In this document: positions 39,015-48,738 of the stretch, piece by piece
Numbering within the stretch: the stretch's first letter is position 1
Layout of the letters: every line of letters starts with the position of its first letter
Assembly: GCA_963798845.1 (NCBI GenBank)
Contig: CAWCUS010000006.1
Span: 640,001-704,000, forward strand
Direction: 5' to 3'
Length of the DNA: 64,000 nucleotides
DNA from: an uncultured Gemmatimonadales bacterium
GTDB lineage: Bacteria; Gemmatimonadota; Gemmatimonadetes; Longimicrobiales; RSA9
Notes under the pieces: model-generated
The model's input: only the letters and a program-made list of their open reading frames with translations
The model's database searches: none
Told to the model about the DNA's origin: nothing
Translations under genes and position numbers: made by a program

Positions 39015-39968
39015 TCAGCCGCCGAGGACGCGCTGGCGGAACGCTTCGAAGCCGTCGAGCTCGGTCAGCGCTCCGTCCACCAGCTTCGCCAGCTCCTCCG
39101 CCTGCCGCCACTCCAGCTCGAGGAGCTCACCCTCCGCTTCCTCATCGAGAGCCAACCCCAGGGCCACACGCTCGTCGGCGGCCAGCTCGCCCAGCGCCGG
39201 CGCCGCGGCGCCGAGTCCGCGCAGAAGCTCCGAGGGCGTGCCGGCAGCGTCCAGCTCTCCGGCCGCCGCTTCCAGGAGCGGATGCTGCCGGAGCTTCCGG
39301 TTCACCACCGAGAGTCCGAGTCGAAGCGCGGGCCGGGCGGCGCGGGCGGGCACCCCGACCTCGCGGCCGCACGCGCCGCACAGCGCGGTCGCGGCTGCAT
39401 CGCCGCCGTCCAGGATGATGCGGATGTGCTGGAACGACCAGGGCGCGATCCAGAGTGGCCCCCGGCATGAAGGGCAGTCCGGCGCCAGGGGAACCGTTAG
39501 GAAGGCAGCGGTGAGGATAGCAGCGTCATCGACGAACGGCGAAGCGAACCACCGCCGCTGCACAGTGCGCTCGAGCACCAGCTCGCCATACCCTCCGCCG
39601 TACCCGAACGGCGACGACGGAAGGCCTTCCAGGAGCCGGTGGAACCAGCCCCGGACACCGCGCACGCGCTGCCGCGGCATCATGTCACCGTATCGCCACA
39701 CCGCGATCTCGGGGCGGGGCGCTCGGCCGACGCGCACCAGCTCGCCCCGCGGCGAGTCGACCAGGTCCAGGTGCTCGGTCCGGATCCGGACGCGCCCCTC
39801 GCGGGCCGCGGCCTCGAGCCGCTCGAGATCCGACCAGCGTTCCTCCAGCGGCACGGGACTCCAGCGGCCGCACGAGGGACAAACGTGCCAGAGGCGCCCG
39901 AGCCACGGGTCGAAAGCCGGTCGCGCGAGCGGAGGCTGAAGCGGGTCGTCGCAGAACAGGCAGTGCAT
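39015..39968 (-). CDS. Hypothetical protein with four CxxC pairs (two putative zinc ribbons)
   Basis: CLFC...CPSCGRW...PLEERW; CPSC...CGAC; acidic helical C-terminus LELEWRQAEELAKLVD. Confidence 0.75.
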   Translation of the reverse strand: MHCLFCDDPLQPPLARPAFDPWLGRLWHVCPSCGRWSPVPLEERWSDLERLEAAAREGRVRIRTEHLDLVDSPRGELVRVGRAPRPEIAVWRYGDMMPRQRVRGVRGWFHRLLEGLPSSPFGYGGGYGELVLERTVQRRWFASPFVDDAAILTAAFLTVPLAPDCPSCRGPLWIAPWSFQHIRIILDGGDAAATALCGACGREVGVPARAARPALRLGLSVVNRKLRQHPLLEAAAGELDAAGTPSELLRGLGAAAPALGELAADERVALGLALDEEAEGELLELEWRQAEELAKLVDGALTELDGFEAFRQRVLGG

Positions 39969-40023
39969 GTGCTAACATACGCGTCGAGGATCCGGGCGCA
40001 TATCGCATTCGCAGGAGCACGAA

Positions 40024-40581
40024 ATGATGAAGACCAGCCGAATTCTGTCGCTGGGGTTCGCCGCCGCCATCGCCGCCTGCGCCGGCAACGGCCCGGCGCC
40101 CGCGTCGGTCGACGTCCGGGCACAGCCGCTGCACGTCGAGACCGGCGGAGGGCGTCCGCTCGAAATCACGCGGGAGAAGCAGGTTACCTCGGCGCTCACC
40201 GACGTTCCCATGGCCGATGCGTGGTCGCGTCTGCTGGCCATTTACCCGGGCCTCGGCATCCCGGACGCGGACCTCGCGGTCGACCCCGCGCACCACACCG
40301 TGGGGATCACGGATCGCCGCACGGGCCGGCTCGCCGGGCGCCGGATGTCGCAGTACCTGGACTGCGGCTACTCGCTGGGGACGCCCAAGGCCGACCAGGG
40401 TCAGGTATACGTGACGCTGCAGACCACGCTGCTGCCGGCGGAGGGTGGGACCACGGTTCGCACCCGCTTGCAGGCCATGGCGAAGACATCCGGCGTGAGC
40501 ACCGAACCGATCGCGTGCTCCAGCAAGGGCGAGATCGAGCGCCACATCCTGGAGCAGCTCACGGGCGCCGACACGCCCTGA
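40024..40581 (+). CDS. Hypothetical lipoprotein
   Basis: Lipobox IAACA; YLDCG...CSSKGEIE Cys pair; SD AGGAG. Confidence 0.75.
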   Translation: MMKTSRILSLGFAAAIAACAGNGPAPASVDVRAQPLHVETGGGRPLEITREKQVTSALTDVPMADAWSRLLAIYPGLGIPDADLAVDPAHHTVGITDRRTGRLAGRRMSQYLDCGYSLGTPKADQGQVYVTLQTTLLPAEGGTTVRTRLQAMAKTSGVSTEPIACSSKGEIERHILEQLTGADTP

Positions 40582-40644
40582 CCCCGCCGGCGAGCCCGGG
40601 ACCGCCTTGCTGCGGCCCCGGCGGTGCGGACATCTTGCGAAACG

Positions 40645-41298
40645 ATGCGTGAGAACCAGGCGGACCGGCCTGTCCTGATCGGGGTGGCCGGCGGGAGCGG
40701 CTCGGGAAAGACCACCGTGGTCCGGCGGATCGTGGAGGCGATCGGGCCGGCGGACGCCGCCGTGCTCCACCACGACTCCTACTACCGGGATGCTTCGCAC
40801 CTCCCGTTCGAGGAGCGGGCCACGATCAACTACGATCACCCGGAGTCACTGGAGACCGCGCTCCTGATCGAACACCTGCGCTCCCTGATGGACGGGGAGT
40901 CGGTAGAGGTCCCCATCTACGATTTCGCCCGGCACGTTCGCCGTCCGGAGACGCAGCACCTCGATCCCCGCCCCGTCCTCATTCTCGACGGCATCCTCAT
41001 CCTGTGGGATCGGCGCCTGCGCGACCTCATGGACGTGAAGCTGTTCGTGGACGCCGACGCCGACGTCCGGCTCGGCCGCCGCCTCCGGCGCGACATGGAA
41101 GAGCGGGCGCGCTCAGCCGAGTCCGTGCTGACGCAGTACATGAAGACGGTGCGACCCATGCACCTCGAGTTCGTCGAGCCCAGCAAGCGCTACGCGGACG
41201 TGATCATCCCTCGCGGTGGTCACAATCGGGTGGGGGTGGACGTCGTCATCGCCACCGTCAAAGCCAGGTTAGAGCGGGGCGCGACCTCCACCTACTGA
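40645..41298 (+). CDS. udk: Uridine kinase
   Basis: GVAGGSGSGKTT, HDSYY, NYDHP, RRLRRD, VRPMHLEFVEPSKRYADVIIP. Confidence 0.95.
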   Translation: MRENQADRPVLIGVAGGSGSGKTTVVRRIVEAIGPADAAVLHHDSYYRDASHLPFEERATINYDHPESLETALLIEHLRSLMDGESVEVPIYDFARHVRRPETQHLDPRPVLILDGILILWDRRLRDLMDVKLFVDADADVRLGRRLRRDMEERARSAESVLTQYMKTVRPMHLEFVEPSKRYADVIIPRGGHNRVGVDVVIATVKARLERGATSTY

Positions 41299-41340
41299 GA
41301 GGGAGGCGGGCGCCCTTCGCCGCCCGCACCCGCCAGATGA

Positions 41341-41376
41341 AAGGGCTCCCCGCCGCGGCCGCGGCGGGGAGCCCTT
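41341..41376. terminator. Perfect 36-bp palindrome between convergent udk and hsp20
   Basis: aagggctccccgccgcgg|ccgcggcggggagccctt, 18-bp arms with no spacer. Confidence 0.7.
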
Positions 41377-41397
41377 CGACAGCTCGGAACCAGACCC

Positions 41398-41853
41398 TCA
41401 ACTCACGTCCCGTCCCCCATCGCTGATCTGGATCTTACGACCCTTCGCCTCCTCGGCCTTCGGGACCTCGATCGTCAGCACCCCATGCTCGAAGGACGCC
41501 GTGATGCCGTTCGCGTCCACCGCACGCGGAAGCGTGAACCGACGCGCGAACGTCCCCCAGCGCCGCTCGTAGAGAAGCATCTCCGCGTTCTCGTCGCGCT
41601 GCTCCTCCTTCTTCTCGCCCTGGATCGTGAGGACCCCGTCCTCCAGCTCGATATCGATGTGATCCCGGCTCACCCCGGGAAGCTCCGCCCGGAACCGCAG
41701 ATGGTCGGGCGTCTCCTCCACGTCCACCGCCGGCGCCCACAGGTCGCTCGACGTCCCGAACGCGCCACCCAGCAGGCTGTCCATCTCCCGCGCAAGCTGG
41801 TTCATGTCCCCCCAGGGCGAGCGCGACCGCCGGACCACCGGAACTCGTACCAT
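41398..41853 (-). CDS. Hsp20 / alpha-crystallin small heat shock protein
   Basis: WAPAVDVEE...AELPGV...LTIQGEK...ERRWGTFARRFTLP...GVLTIEVPK; SD GGAGG. Confidence 0.95.
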   Translation of the reverse strand: MVRVPVVRRSRSPWGDMNQLAREMDSLLGGAFGTSSDLWAPAVDVEETPDHLRFRAELPGVSRDHIDIELEDGVLTIQGEKKEEQRDENAEMLLYERRWGTFARRFTLPRAVDANGITASFEHGVLTIEVPKAEEAKGRKIQISDGGRDVS

Positions 41854-41932
41854 CGTTGCCTCCACTTTGCTGTGTCGTTCTCTCGCAGCTCGCGACCGGC
41901 TCGCTGCCGGCGCGTGACTGGCCGAACAGGTA

Positions 41933-41969
41933 GGCAGCCCGCGTACCAGGTTGGTCCGCCACTTTGGCA
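41933..41969 (-). promoter_or_regulatory. Putative sigma54 promoter of hsp20 with adjacent palindromic box
   Basis: TGGTACGCGGGCTGCC (41948-41933, GG-N10-GC); TGCCAAAGTGGCG (41969-41957). Confidence 0.55.
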
Positions 41970-42029
41970 GCCGACGGGAGCGGATGCCGCGCAGCTTCGG
42001 CGGGCTGCTGCCGTTCCGGCTCCGGACAG

Positions 42030-43724
42030 TCAGTGGGCGTCTGTCGGTGGGCGGTGCTGGTCGAGGAGGGCGGAGGCGGCGCTGCTGTCGAGCGGGAGGG
42101 AGAAGAGGAACCCCTGGACGGAGGCGTGGCCGAAAGCGCGGAGGCGTTCGAGCTGATCTGGGGTTTCGACGCCTTCGGCGACGGCGTGGATGCCGAGGGC
42201 GCGAGCGAAGCTGAGGATGGTGCGGACGAGCTCGGTCCCGGCCTCGTCGGCCAGGCGGCTGACGAAGCTGCGGTCGATCTTGAGGGTGTCGATGGGGAAG
42301 GTGTGGAGGTACTGGAGGGCGGAGTAGCCGGTGCCGAAGTCGTCGATGCAGAGACCGACGCCCAGCTGGCGGAGCTGGTCGAAGGTGTGCATTGCGCCCT
42401 GGGGATTGGACATCACCACGGCCTCGGTGAGCTCGAGCCGGAGAGAGTGGCCGTCCAGCCCCGTCTCCTCGAGGATGTCGCGCACGGTGGCGAGGAGCTC
42501 GGGGTGGGAGAACTGGCGAGCGGAGAGGTTGACGGAAACGAACAGGTCCTGCCGGTCCGCACTCCCCTCCTGCCATAGCCGGAGCTGGTGTGCGGCCTGT
42601 CGGAGGACCCAGTTCCCGAGCGGGACGATGATCCCGGTGTCCTCGGCGACGGGGATGAAGGATTGTGGGAGGACCAGGCCCTTCTCGGGGTGGATCCAGC
42701 GTATGAGCGCCTCGAAGCCGGTCAGGCGATCGAGATCGAGGTCGAGCACGGGTTGGTAGTAGAGGACGAACTCGCCGCGCTCCAGCCCGAGGCGCAGGTC
42801 GGTCTCCAGCTGGAGGAGAGCGACGGCATGGGCGTGCATCTCCGTGTCGAAGATCTGGTACCGCGCGGGTCCCAGCTCCTTCGCCCGGTACATGGCCGTG
42901 TCCGCGTCCCGCAACAGGGCGTCTGGGGTCGAGGCGGCGGAGCTGGCGAAGGTGATGCCGATGCTCACGGAGGTGAACACATGGTGACCGTGCAGGGAGA
43001 GCGGTCGTCGGAGCTTCTCCTGGATGCGCTCGGCCACGTGCGTCGGAGCCGAGGCATCGTCGACGCCGTCGAGGAGAATCGCGAACTCGTCCCCGCCCAT
43101 CCGCGCCACCGTGTCCTCTTCCCGGACCTGTTCGCGGAAGAGCACGGCCACCTGCTTCAACACCTCGTCGCCGACCGTATGGCCGAGGCTGTCGTTGACC
43201 AGCTTGAACCGATCCAGGTCGAGGAACAGGACCGCCATCTCCCGCTCCTCGCCTCGCCGCCGCCGCGCCACCGCCCGCTCCAGCCGATCCATGAAGAGCG
43301 CACGGTTCGGCAGCCCCGTCAGCGGGTCGTGGAACGCCTCGTGGGCCAGCCGTTCCTCTTCCGCCTTGAGAGCCGAGATGTCGTGGATGATTCCCTGGTG
43401 CCCGCACCCCGGACCGGATGCGGCGTCCGAACGGCGAAGCCACGCACTCAGGAGGCACCAGCGCTCGGCATCGTCCTTGCGCCGCAGACGGACCTGGATA
43501 TCCCGGACGAAGCCGTCCGCCTCGAGGCTCTCCAGGAAGCGGACGTGGTCCTCAGGGTCGGCGAAGATGTCGCCGAAGCCACGGCCAAGAAGGCCGGCGG
43601 GCGGATAGGCCAGGAGCTCACTGGCGGCGGCATTCGCCTCCACGATCTCGCCATCAGCCCCGGTCATGTATATGGCGTCGAGGGATCGCTCGAAGAGGCT
43701 ACGGTAGCGCTGCTCGCTCACCAT
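42030..43724 (-). CDS. PAS-GGDEF-EAL c-di-GMP enzyme
   Basis: PAS (YRSLFERSLDAI); HDPLTGLPNR, DLDRFK, REED I-site, GGDEF; EAL, ELTE, DDFGTGYS, KIDRSF, AEGVE. Confidence 0.95.
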   Translation of the reverse strand: MVSEQRYRSLFERSLDAIYMTGADGEIVEANAAASELLAYPPAGLLGRGFGDIFADPEDHVRFLESLEADGFVRDIQVRLRRKDDAERWCLLSAWLRRSDAASGPGCGHQGIIHDISALKAEEERLAHEAFHDPLTGLPNRALFMDRLERAVARRRRGEEREMAVLFLDLDRFKLVNDSLGHTVGDEVLKQVAVLFREQVREEDTVARMGGDEFAILLDGVDDASAPTHVAERIQEKLRRPLSLHGHHVFTSVSIGITFASSAASTPDALLRDADTAMYRAKELGPARYQIFDTEMHAHAVALLQLETDLRLGLERGEFVLYYQPVLDLDLDRLTGFEALIRWIHPEKGLVLPQSFIPVAEDTGIIVPLGNWVLRQAAHQLRLWQEGSADRQDLFVSVNLSARQFSHPELLATVRDILEETGLDGHSLRLELTEAVVMSNPQGAMHTFDQLRQLGVGLCIDDFGTGYSALQYLHTFPIDTLKIDRSFVSRLADEAGTELVRTILSFARALGIHAVAEGVETPDQLERLRAFGHASVQGFLFSLPLDSSAASALLDQHRPPTDAH

Positions 43725-43787
43725 CCCTGTCCGGCAAAGGTGGGAAAATTGGGATGAATCGACGTCGATCCGCGGCCGGGATCCGGG

Positions 43788-43803
43788 TGCAGAATGCACG
43801 CCA
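43788..43803 (-). promoter_or_regulatory. Putative sigma54 promoter of the GGDEF-EAL gene
   Basis: TGGCGTGCATTCTGCA on minus strand, about 65 nt upstream of the ATG at 43724. Confidence 0.45.
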
Positions 43804-43868
43804 AATCGCTGGCGCGCCAGAGTTGTGCGGCCTAGCTTCTCATTCTCTATCGATCCGCAGGAGGTTCC

Positions 43869-45659
43869 GTGAGCGCACGATTCTGGGTAGTGGCCGCCGT
43901 GCTCGTCGCCGGGTGTGGAGGCTCGCCTTCACAGCAGCCACCGGGACAGCGGCCGGGTCCCGGGCTGCCGCAACCGAGCGCGGAAGTGGTCGCGCGAGCC
44001 ACGAAGGACTTCGGCACATTCAGGGACGGGTTCCTGGCATGGTATTACGAGAGCCATCCGGTGCGGGCGAGCGAGCTGGGCGTGCACACCTACGACCGCC
44101 TGCTCACGGACATGGACCGCGCCTCGGTGCAGGGGAGGATCCAGGACCTGCTGGACTGGGACGCGCGGCTGGAGGACATCTCGTACCGGGTGCTCCAGGG
44201 CACGGACCGGTACGACTACTCGGTGCTGGAATACGCGATTCGCGGCGAGCTGCTCGATCTGGAGGAGATGCGCCTGTGGGCGACGAGTCCACGGCTGTAC
44301 ATGGAGGTGATCGCGGACGGGGTCTCATCGCTCGTTTCGCGCGCGTACGCTCCGGCTTCTGACAGGCTCGCGGCGCTGAAGAGCCGCATGGAAGCTGCGC
44401 CGGGAGTGCTGAAGGCGGCGCGGGACAATCTGGAGAACCCGCCCCGGGAGTGGACGGAGCTGGCGATCACGGAAACCGAGGGGCTGATCGAATACCTGGA
44501 AGCGATTCCGAAGCTGCTGGGGGACGATTCGAGCGCGGCGCCGGCCGGGCTGGAGGACACGAGGCTGGCGCTGGTGGCGGCGCTGCGAGAGCATGCGACG
44601 TGGCTGCGGTCGGACCTGCTTCCGAAATCGACGGGAGCGTACCGGCTGGGCCGTTACTTCTTCGCTCGCAAGCTGCTCTACGCCGAGCACATCGATCTCA
44701 GCGTGGAAGCGCTCGACCGGCTGAACCAGCAGGAGATCGCGACGTATCAGGACCAGCTCGAGAAGGTTGTGGCCGCCGTGGCGCCGGGCCGCACCGTCGG
44801 CTCGGTGCTCGACTCGCTGGGGCGGGCCCATCCGTCGCCCGACGACCTCGTGCCGGCCGCGCGCGAGCTGGCGGGTCGGGCGAGGGACTGGACGCTCGGG
44901 AGCGGTCTGGTGCCGGTGCTCGATTCGACTGCGCCCGTCGTCCGCCCGGCGCCGCCGTACAAGCGGGGGCGGTTCGCCTGGGTGGACGCTCCGGGCCCGA
45001 TGGAGTCGGGTGATCTCGCGACCTACTACGAGCTCACCAACGCGCTTCCGACGTGGTCAGAAACGGAGCAGCAGTCGTTCCTGTCCTACTTCGGGAGCGG
45101 CTCACTGCTCGGGCTCACGCTCCACGAGACGTTCCCCGGCCGCGCCGTCCAGCTGGCGTATCGCCGGAAGTACCCGAGCGACGTGCGCCGGGTGTTCACG
45201 CCGCGCTCGCTGGCCGAGGGGTGGTCGCAATACGCCGAGCAGCGAGCACTGGAGACGGGATTCGCGAGCCCGGACTCCCTGGCGCGGATCGCCGAGCTGC
45301 GTCGGGCGCTGGAGCAGCAAGCCCGCTGGTACGCGACGCTGCACCTGCACGCTTTCGAGGAGCCGATGGACACCGTGGTGCGCCATTTCATGGACATCGC
45401 GCACGTGCAGGAGCTTCCGGCGAGGCGGGAGGTGCTGCGGGCGACCTACGACCCCATGTACCTGGACGCGGCACTGGGCAGGGTGCAGATCGAGCAGCTT
45501 CGCACGGACTACCAGGCGTACCTGGAGAAGCAGAAGAAGGACTTCTCCGACGCCGACTTCAACGCACAGCTGCTCTCGCTCGGCCTGCCGCTTCCGCTCG
45601 CGCGAGACGTGCTCATGCCCAGGCCACCGTCGCCCGCGGCGCAGCGGCCTCGCCCGTGA
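43869..45659 (+). CDS. DUF885 family lipoprotein
   Basis: Lipobox VAGCG; P..AS.LG; HETFPG; EGWSQYAE; SD AGGAGG. Confidence 0.85.
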   Translation: MSARFWVVAAVLVAGCGGSPSQQPPGQRPGPGLPQPSAEVVARATKDFGTFRDGFLAWYYESHPVRASELGVHTYDRLLTDMDRASVQGRIQDLLDWDARLEDISYRVLQGTDRYDYSVLEYAIRGELLDLEEMRLWATSPRLYMEVIADGVSSLVSRAYAPASDRLAALKSRMEAAPGVLKAARDNLENPPREWTELAITETEGLIEYLEAIPKLLGDDSSAAPAGLEDTRLALVAALREHATWLRSDLLPKSTGAYRLGRYFFARKLLYAEHIDLSVEALDRLNQQEIATYQDQLEKVVAAVAPGRTVGSVLDSLGRAHPSPDDLVPAARELAGRARDWTLGSGLVPVLDSTAPVVRPAPPYKRGRFAWVDAPGPMESGDLATYYELTNALPTWSETEQQSFLSYFGSGSLLGLTLHETFPGRAVQLAYRRKYPSDVRRVFTPRSLAEGWSQYAEQRALETGFASPDSLARIAELRRALEQQARWYATLHLHAFEEPMDTVVRHFMDIAHVQELPARREVLRATYDPMYLDAALGRVQIEQLRTDYQAYLEKQKKDFSDADFNAQLLSLGLPLPLARDVLMPRPPSPAAQRPRP

Positions 45660-45680
45660 TCCTTCCACCCGGTCCGAACC

Positions 45681-46680
45681 ATGGCTGAGACCCGCCGACC
45701 CACGTGCCCGGCCGCCGAGGAGATCCTCGGCGGCTATTTCCCCGTCCTGGACCACGGCTTCATCGCTCTGGTCGACTACATGGGGAGCGACGAGGACATC
45801 GAGCGGGCCGCACGCGTGAGCTACGGCTACGGCACCCGAAAGGTGAGTCAGACGCGCGGGCTGGTGCGGTATCTCCGGCGGCACCACCACACGACGCCGA
45901 GCGAGATGGTCGAGTTGAAGTTCCACGTCTGCATGCCGATCTTCGTGGCCCGGCAATGGATCCGGCACCGCACGGCGAACGTCAACGAGTACAGCGGCCG
46001 CTATTCGCTCATGCCTCTGCTCTTCTACTCGCCGGATGCCGAGCACTTCGCGCTCCAGAGCACGGACAACAAGCAGGGTCGGAATGCCGGACGGGGCGGA
46101 TGCGGTGCTGCACCGGGAAGCGGTGACTCGCTGGGAGGCGACCCGGGAGCGAGCCGGCGCAGACTACGAGTGGCTCCTGGGGAAGGACGTCGCCAGGGAG
46201 CTGGCGCGGATCGACCTTCCCCTCTCGACGTACACGCAGTGGTACTGGAAGATCGATCTCCACAACCTCATCCACTTCCTCACGCTTCGGGCCGATCCCC
46301 ACGCGCAGTATGAGATCCGCGCGTTCGCCGAGGTCATGGCAGGGATGCTCAAGCGAGTGGCGCCGCTCTCTTACGAAGCGTGGGTGGACTATGGGCTGGC
46401 GGCGGCCCCAATGTCGCATGCGGAGCTGGAGGCGCTGCGGTCGCTGATCGGCGTCACGGAAGCGGACGGCGAAGTGAAGCTGACGGCGCGGTCCGGTGCG
46501 GGGCTGGACAGCGGCGCGCTCCGCGACCTGGGGCTCAGCAAGCGAGAGAGGATCGAGCTCGCCGAAAAGCTGCGGCCATCGTCACGCCCCGACTTCGAGC
46601 TCGACCTCGGGACAATGCGCCCGGGGGAGGAGGTGGGGGAGCTGATGCAGTCCGCCGTGCCGAAGCTCGACCTCGACTGA
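45681..46680 (+). CDS. thyX: FAD-dependent thymidylate synthase; frameshift near 46084
   Basis: AARVSY, HTTPSE, RHRTANVNEYSGRY, NKQGR; then ARELARIDLPLSTYTQWYWKIDLHNL...HAQYEIR in the +1 frame. Confidence 0.92.
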
Positions 46681-46826
46681 GGCAGCGACCCCGGGGAGGG
46701 GCGCCATGGGAAACTGGGCGGGGGGCAGGCTCCGGGGCTCGTCTCGCGACGATCCGGGAGCCCGCCCTGGGGCTTCCCGCTTGTCTCCTCTCCGTCAGCC
46801 GTCCGCGGCGGTGACGTTGGTCTTCC

Positions 46827-47732
46827 TCAGGACCCGTGCTTCGGCGGTAGCGTTCGCAGGTACGCCCACAGTGCTCGCAGCTCCGTATCCGTCATGGACC
46901 GGGTCGCCGCCACCGGCATCGGAGGTCGGACCTCCGAACCGTCGGGCTTTCTTCCCTCACGAAGCGCCCTGACGAAGTCCGCCTCCGACCAGGCGCCGAT
47001 CCCCGCCGTCGAGTCCGGCGTGAGGTTCGCCGCCGGCAGCCAGCTCGGATCGCCACCCGCTATCGGGCCGCCCGAGTAGTCGGCGCCATGACACCCCCGG
47101 CACCCGCTGGCCAGGTACGCGCCGTACGCCGCGGTCGGGCTCTCCGTCGGCGCGGCGGGTCGCGTCGCCGTCTGATCGATCAGCTTCGCAGGGACCAGCG
47201 GCAGCTTCCCGGCGAGGAGCAACATTCGAGCCATGGGCCCGATTCGCGTCGCGGGTCGCTCACGGTCCACCGGCGGCAGCGATCGCAGGTACGCGATCAA
47301 CGCCGTCATGTCCGCGTCCCCCAGCGCCCAGTACTCCTGCGCCGGCATGAACATCAACGGCCGACCGTCCGGCCCGACGCCATGCCGGATCGCCCGGTCC
47401 CAGTCCTCGATCGAGAACGTCCCCCCGATCCCGCCCGCACCGGACGTGAGGTTCGCGGCGTACAGCCGGCCCATGGCCGCGTTTTCGACCATCGGACCCC
47501 CGGCCAGGTCCGCTCCGTGGCAGTCCGTGCACCCGCGGATCGAGGCCACGTGCGCACCCCTCGCCAGAAGCGCCGAATCCGGCTGCGCCGGCACCGGCAA
47601 TGGCTTGACCGACACGTCGTAGTGATGCCGTAGCTGCGGCTGGCTGAACGCGTAAATGCCGGCCACGGCAAGGACGAGCAGAACGACTACGCCGCCGAGC
47701 CCGAAGCCGGCGAAGCGGAGCGCTTTTCTCAC
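46827..47732 (-). CDS. Membrane-anchored diheme c-type cytochrome
   Basis: CTDCH and CRGCH, each followed by ANLT and a Met-Pro axial motif. Confidence 0.88.
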   Translation of the reverse strand: MRKALRFAGFGLGGVVVLLVLAVAGIYAFSQPQLRHHYDVSVKPLPVPAQPDSALLARGAHVASIRGCTDCHGADLAGGPMVENAAMGRLYAANLTSGAGGIGGTFSIEDWDRAIRHGVGPDGRPLMFMPAQEYWALGDADMTALIAYLRSLPPVDRERPATRIGPMARMLLLAGKLPLVPAKLIDQTATRPAAPTESPTAAYGAYLASGCRGCHGADYSGGPIAGGDPSWLPAANLTPDSTAGIGAWSEADFVRALREGRKPDGSEVRPPMPVAATRSMTDTELRALWAYLRTLPPKHGS

Positions 47733-47832
47733 GGGTCTTCCGAGTGTGAGGGGAATCCGCCCTACAGGGTGGGCGTTCGCGAGTGGGGGTTTTCCCCACG
47801 ACAGGATTGATTAATGGGGAGAGGGGCCGTCG

Positions 47833-48294
47833 TCAAGACCCGGAGGTGCGGGGGGGCTGGCCCAGAAGCAGGACCGGGTCGGCGGGAGTGCCGTGGCGAC
47901 GGACCTCGAAGTGCAGGTGTGGTCCTGAGGCGTTGCCGGAGGCGCCGGAAAGGCCGACGAGATCGTCTCGTGAGACGGTGTCGCCAGCGGAGACGCGGAT
48001 CTCGGAGAGATGGGCGTAGAGGGAGCGAATTCCGCCGCCGTGGTCGAGAATGACGACGTTTCCGTAGCCGGAGAGGACGCCGGCGAAGGTGACGCGGCCG
48101 GGCTCCATGGGGTGAACGGGGGTTCCGACGGGGACGGAGATGTCGGTGCCTCGGTGGATCTCGAAGTGGAGCCCGTCGTGGCGGAGGCCGAAGGGGGACG
48201 TGACGGTGCCGTCCACGGGCCAGCGGGGGAGTGCGCAGCCCGCGATGATGCTGGAGGCGAGGAGGAGAGCGGGGAGGTGCGAGCGGGTCCTCAT
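47833..48294 (-). CDS. M23 family metallopeptidase (lipoprotein)
   Basis: HRGTD, YGNVV, YAHL, SGPHLHFEVR. Confidence 0.92.
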   Translation of the reverse strand: MRTRSHLPALLLASSIIAGCALPRWPVDGTVTSPFGLRHDGLHFEIHRGTDISVPVGTPVHPMEPGRVTFAGVLSGYGNVVILDHGGGIRSLYAHLSEIRVSAGDTVSRDDLVGLSGASGNASGPHLHFEVRRHGTPADPVLLLGQPPRTSGS

Positions 48295-48379
48295 TCCGGA
48301 AAGCTGGGGCCGGAAGCGGGAGAGCGCAAAGGAGCGTGGGGGCGGGGGCGCGGCGGAGCGCGCCGCCGCGCCCGTGAGT

Positions 48380-48715
48380 TCAGCCGAAGTGCGCGGGGAG
48401 GACCTTGAAGAGGACGACGAGCGCGATGACGAGGAAGAGGGCGAGGGCCAGGGGTGCGGCGAAGACGCCCGTGAAGATGCGGCTGTCCATCTTGAGGTGC
48501 ATGTAGAACATGACGACGAGGGCGAATTTGACCGCGGACAGGGTGACGAGGGTGGGGACGAGGACGGGATGGAGAGCGGGGATGTAAAAGACCGACACCT
48601 CGAGCGCGGTGATGGCGGTGAGGATGAGGGCGACCACGACGTAGGTGGTCCACCCGGGGTGATTCTCCTCGTGCGGGTCGGCGTGGCTGCGGGATTCGAC
48701 GTCTGCGTGAACCAT
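48380..48715 (-). CDS. ctaF: Cytochrome c oxidase subunit IV (caa3 type)
   Basis: YVVVALILTAITALEV...SAVKFALVVMFYMHLK. Confidence 0.85.
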   Translation of the reverse strand: MVHADVESRSHADPHEENHPGWTTYVVVALILTAITALEVSVFYIPALHPVLVPTLVTLSAVKFALVVMFYMHLKMDSRIFTGVFAAPLALALFLVIALVVLFKVLPAHFG

Positions 48716-48738
48716 GGGGGCCTCGGGAGCGGTCAGGG

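Noticed and set aside
41854..43458. 686-aa N-terminally extended Hsp20
   Set aside because: Shadow frame of the GGDEF-EAL gene; hsp20 has its own SD and ATG at 41853
46070..46100. Programmed frameshift in thyX
   Set aside because: No slippery heptamer or stimulatory structure is evident, and three other genes show the same one-base excess, favouring sequencing error
46827..47732. Diheme cytochrome as the missing subunit of the GMC dehydrogenase
   Set aside because: It lies 33 kb away with no linking evidence
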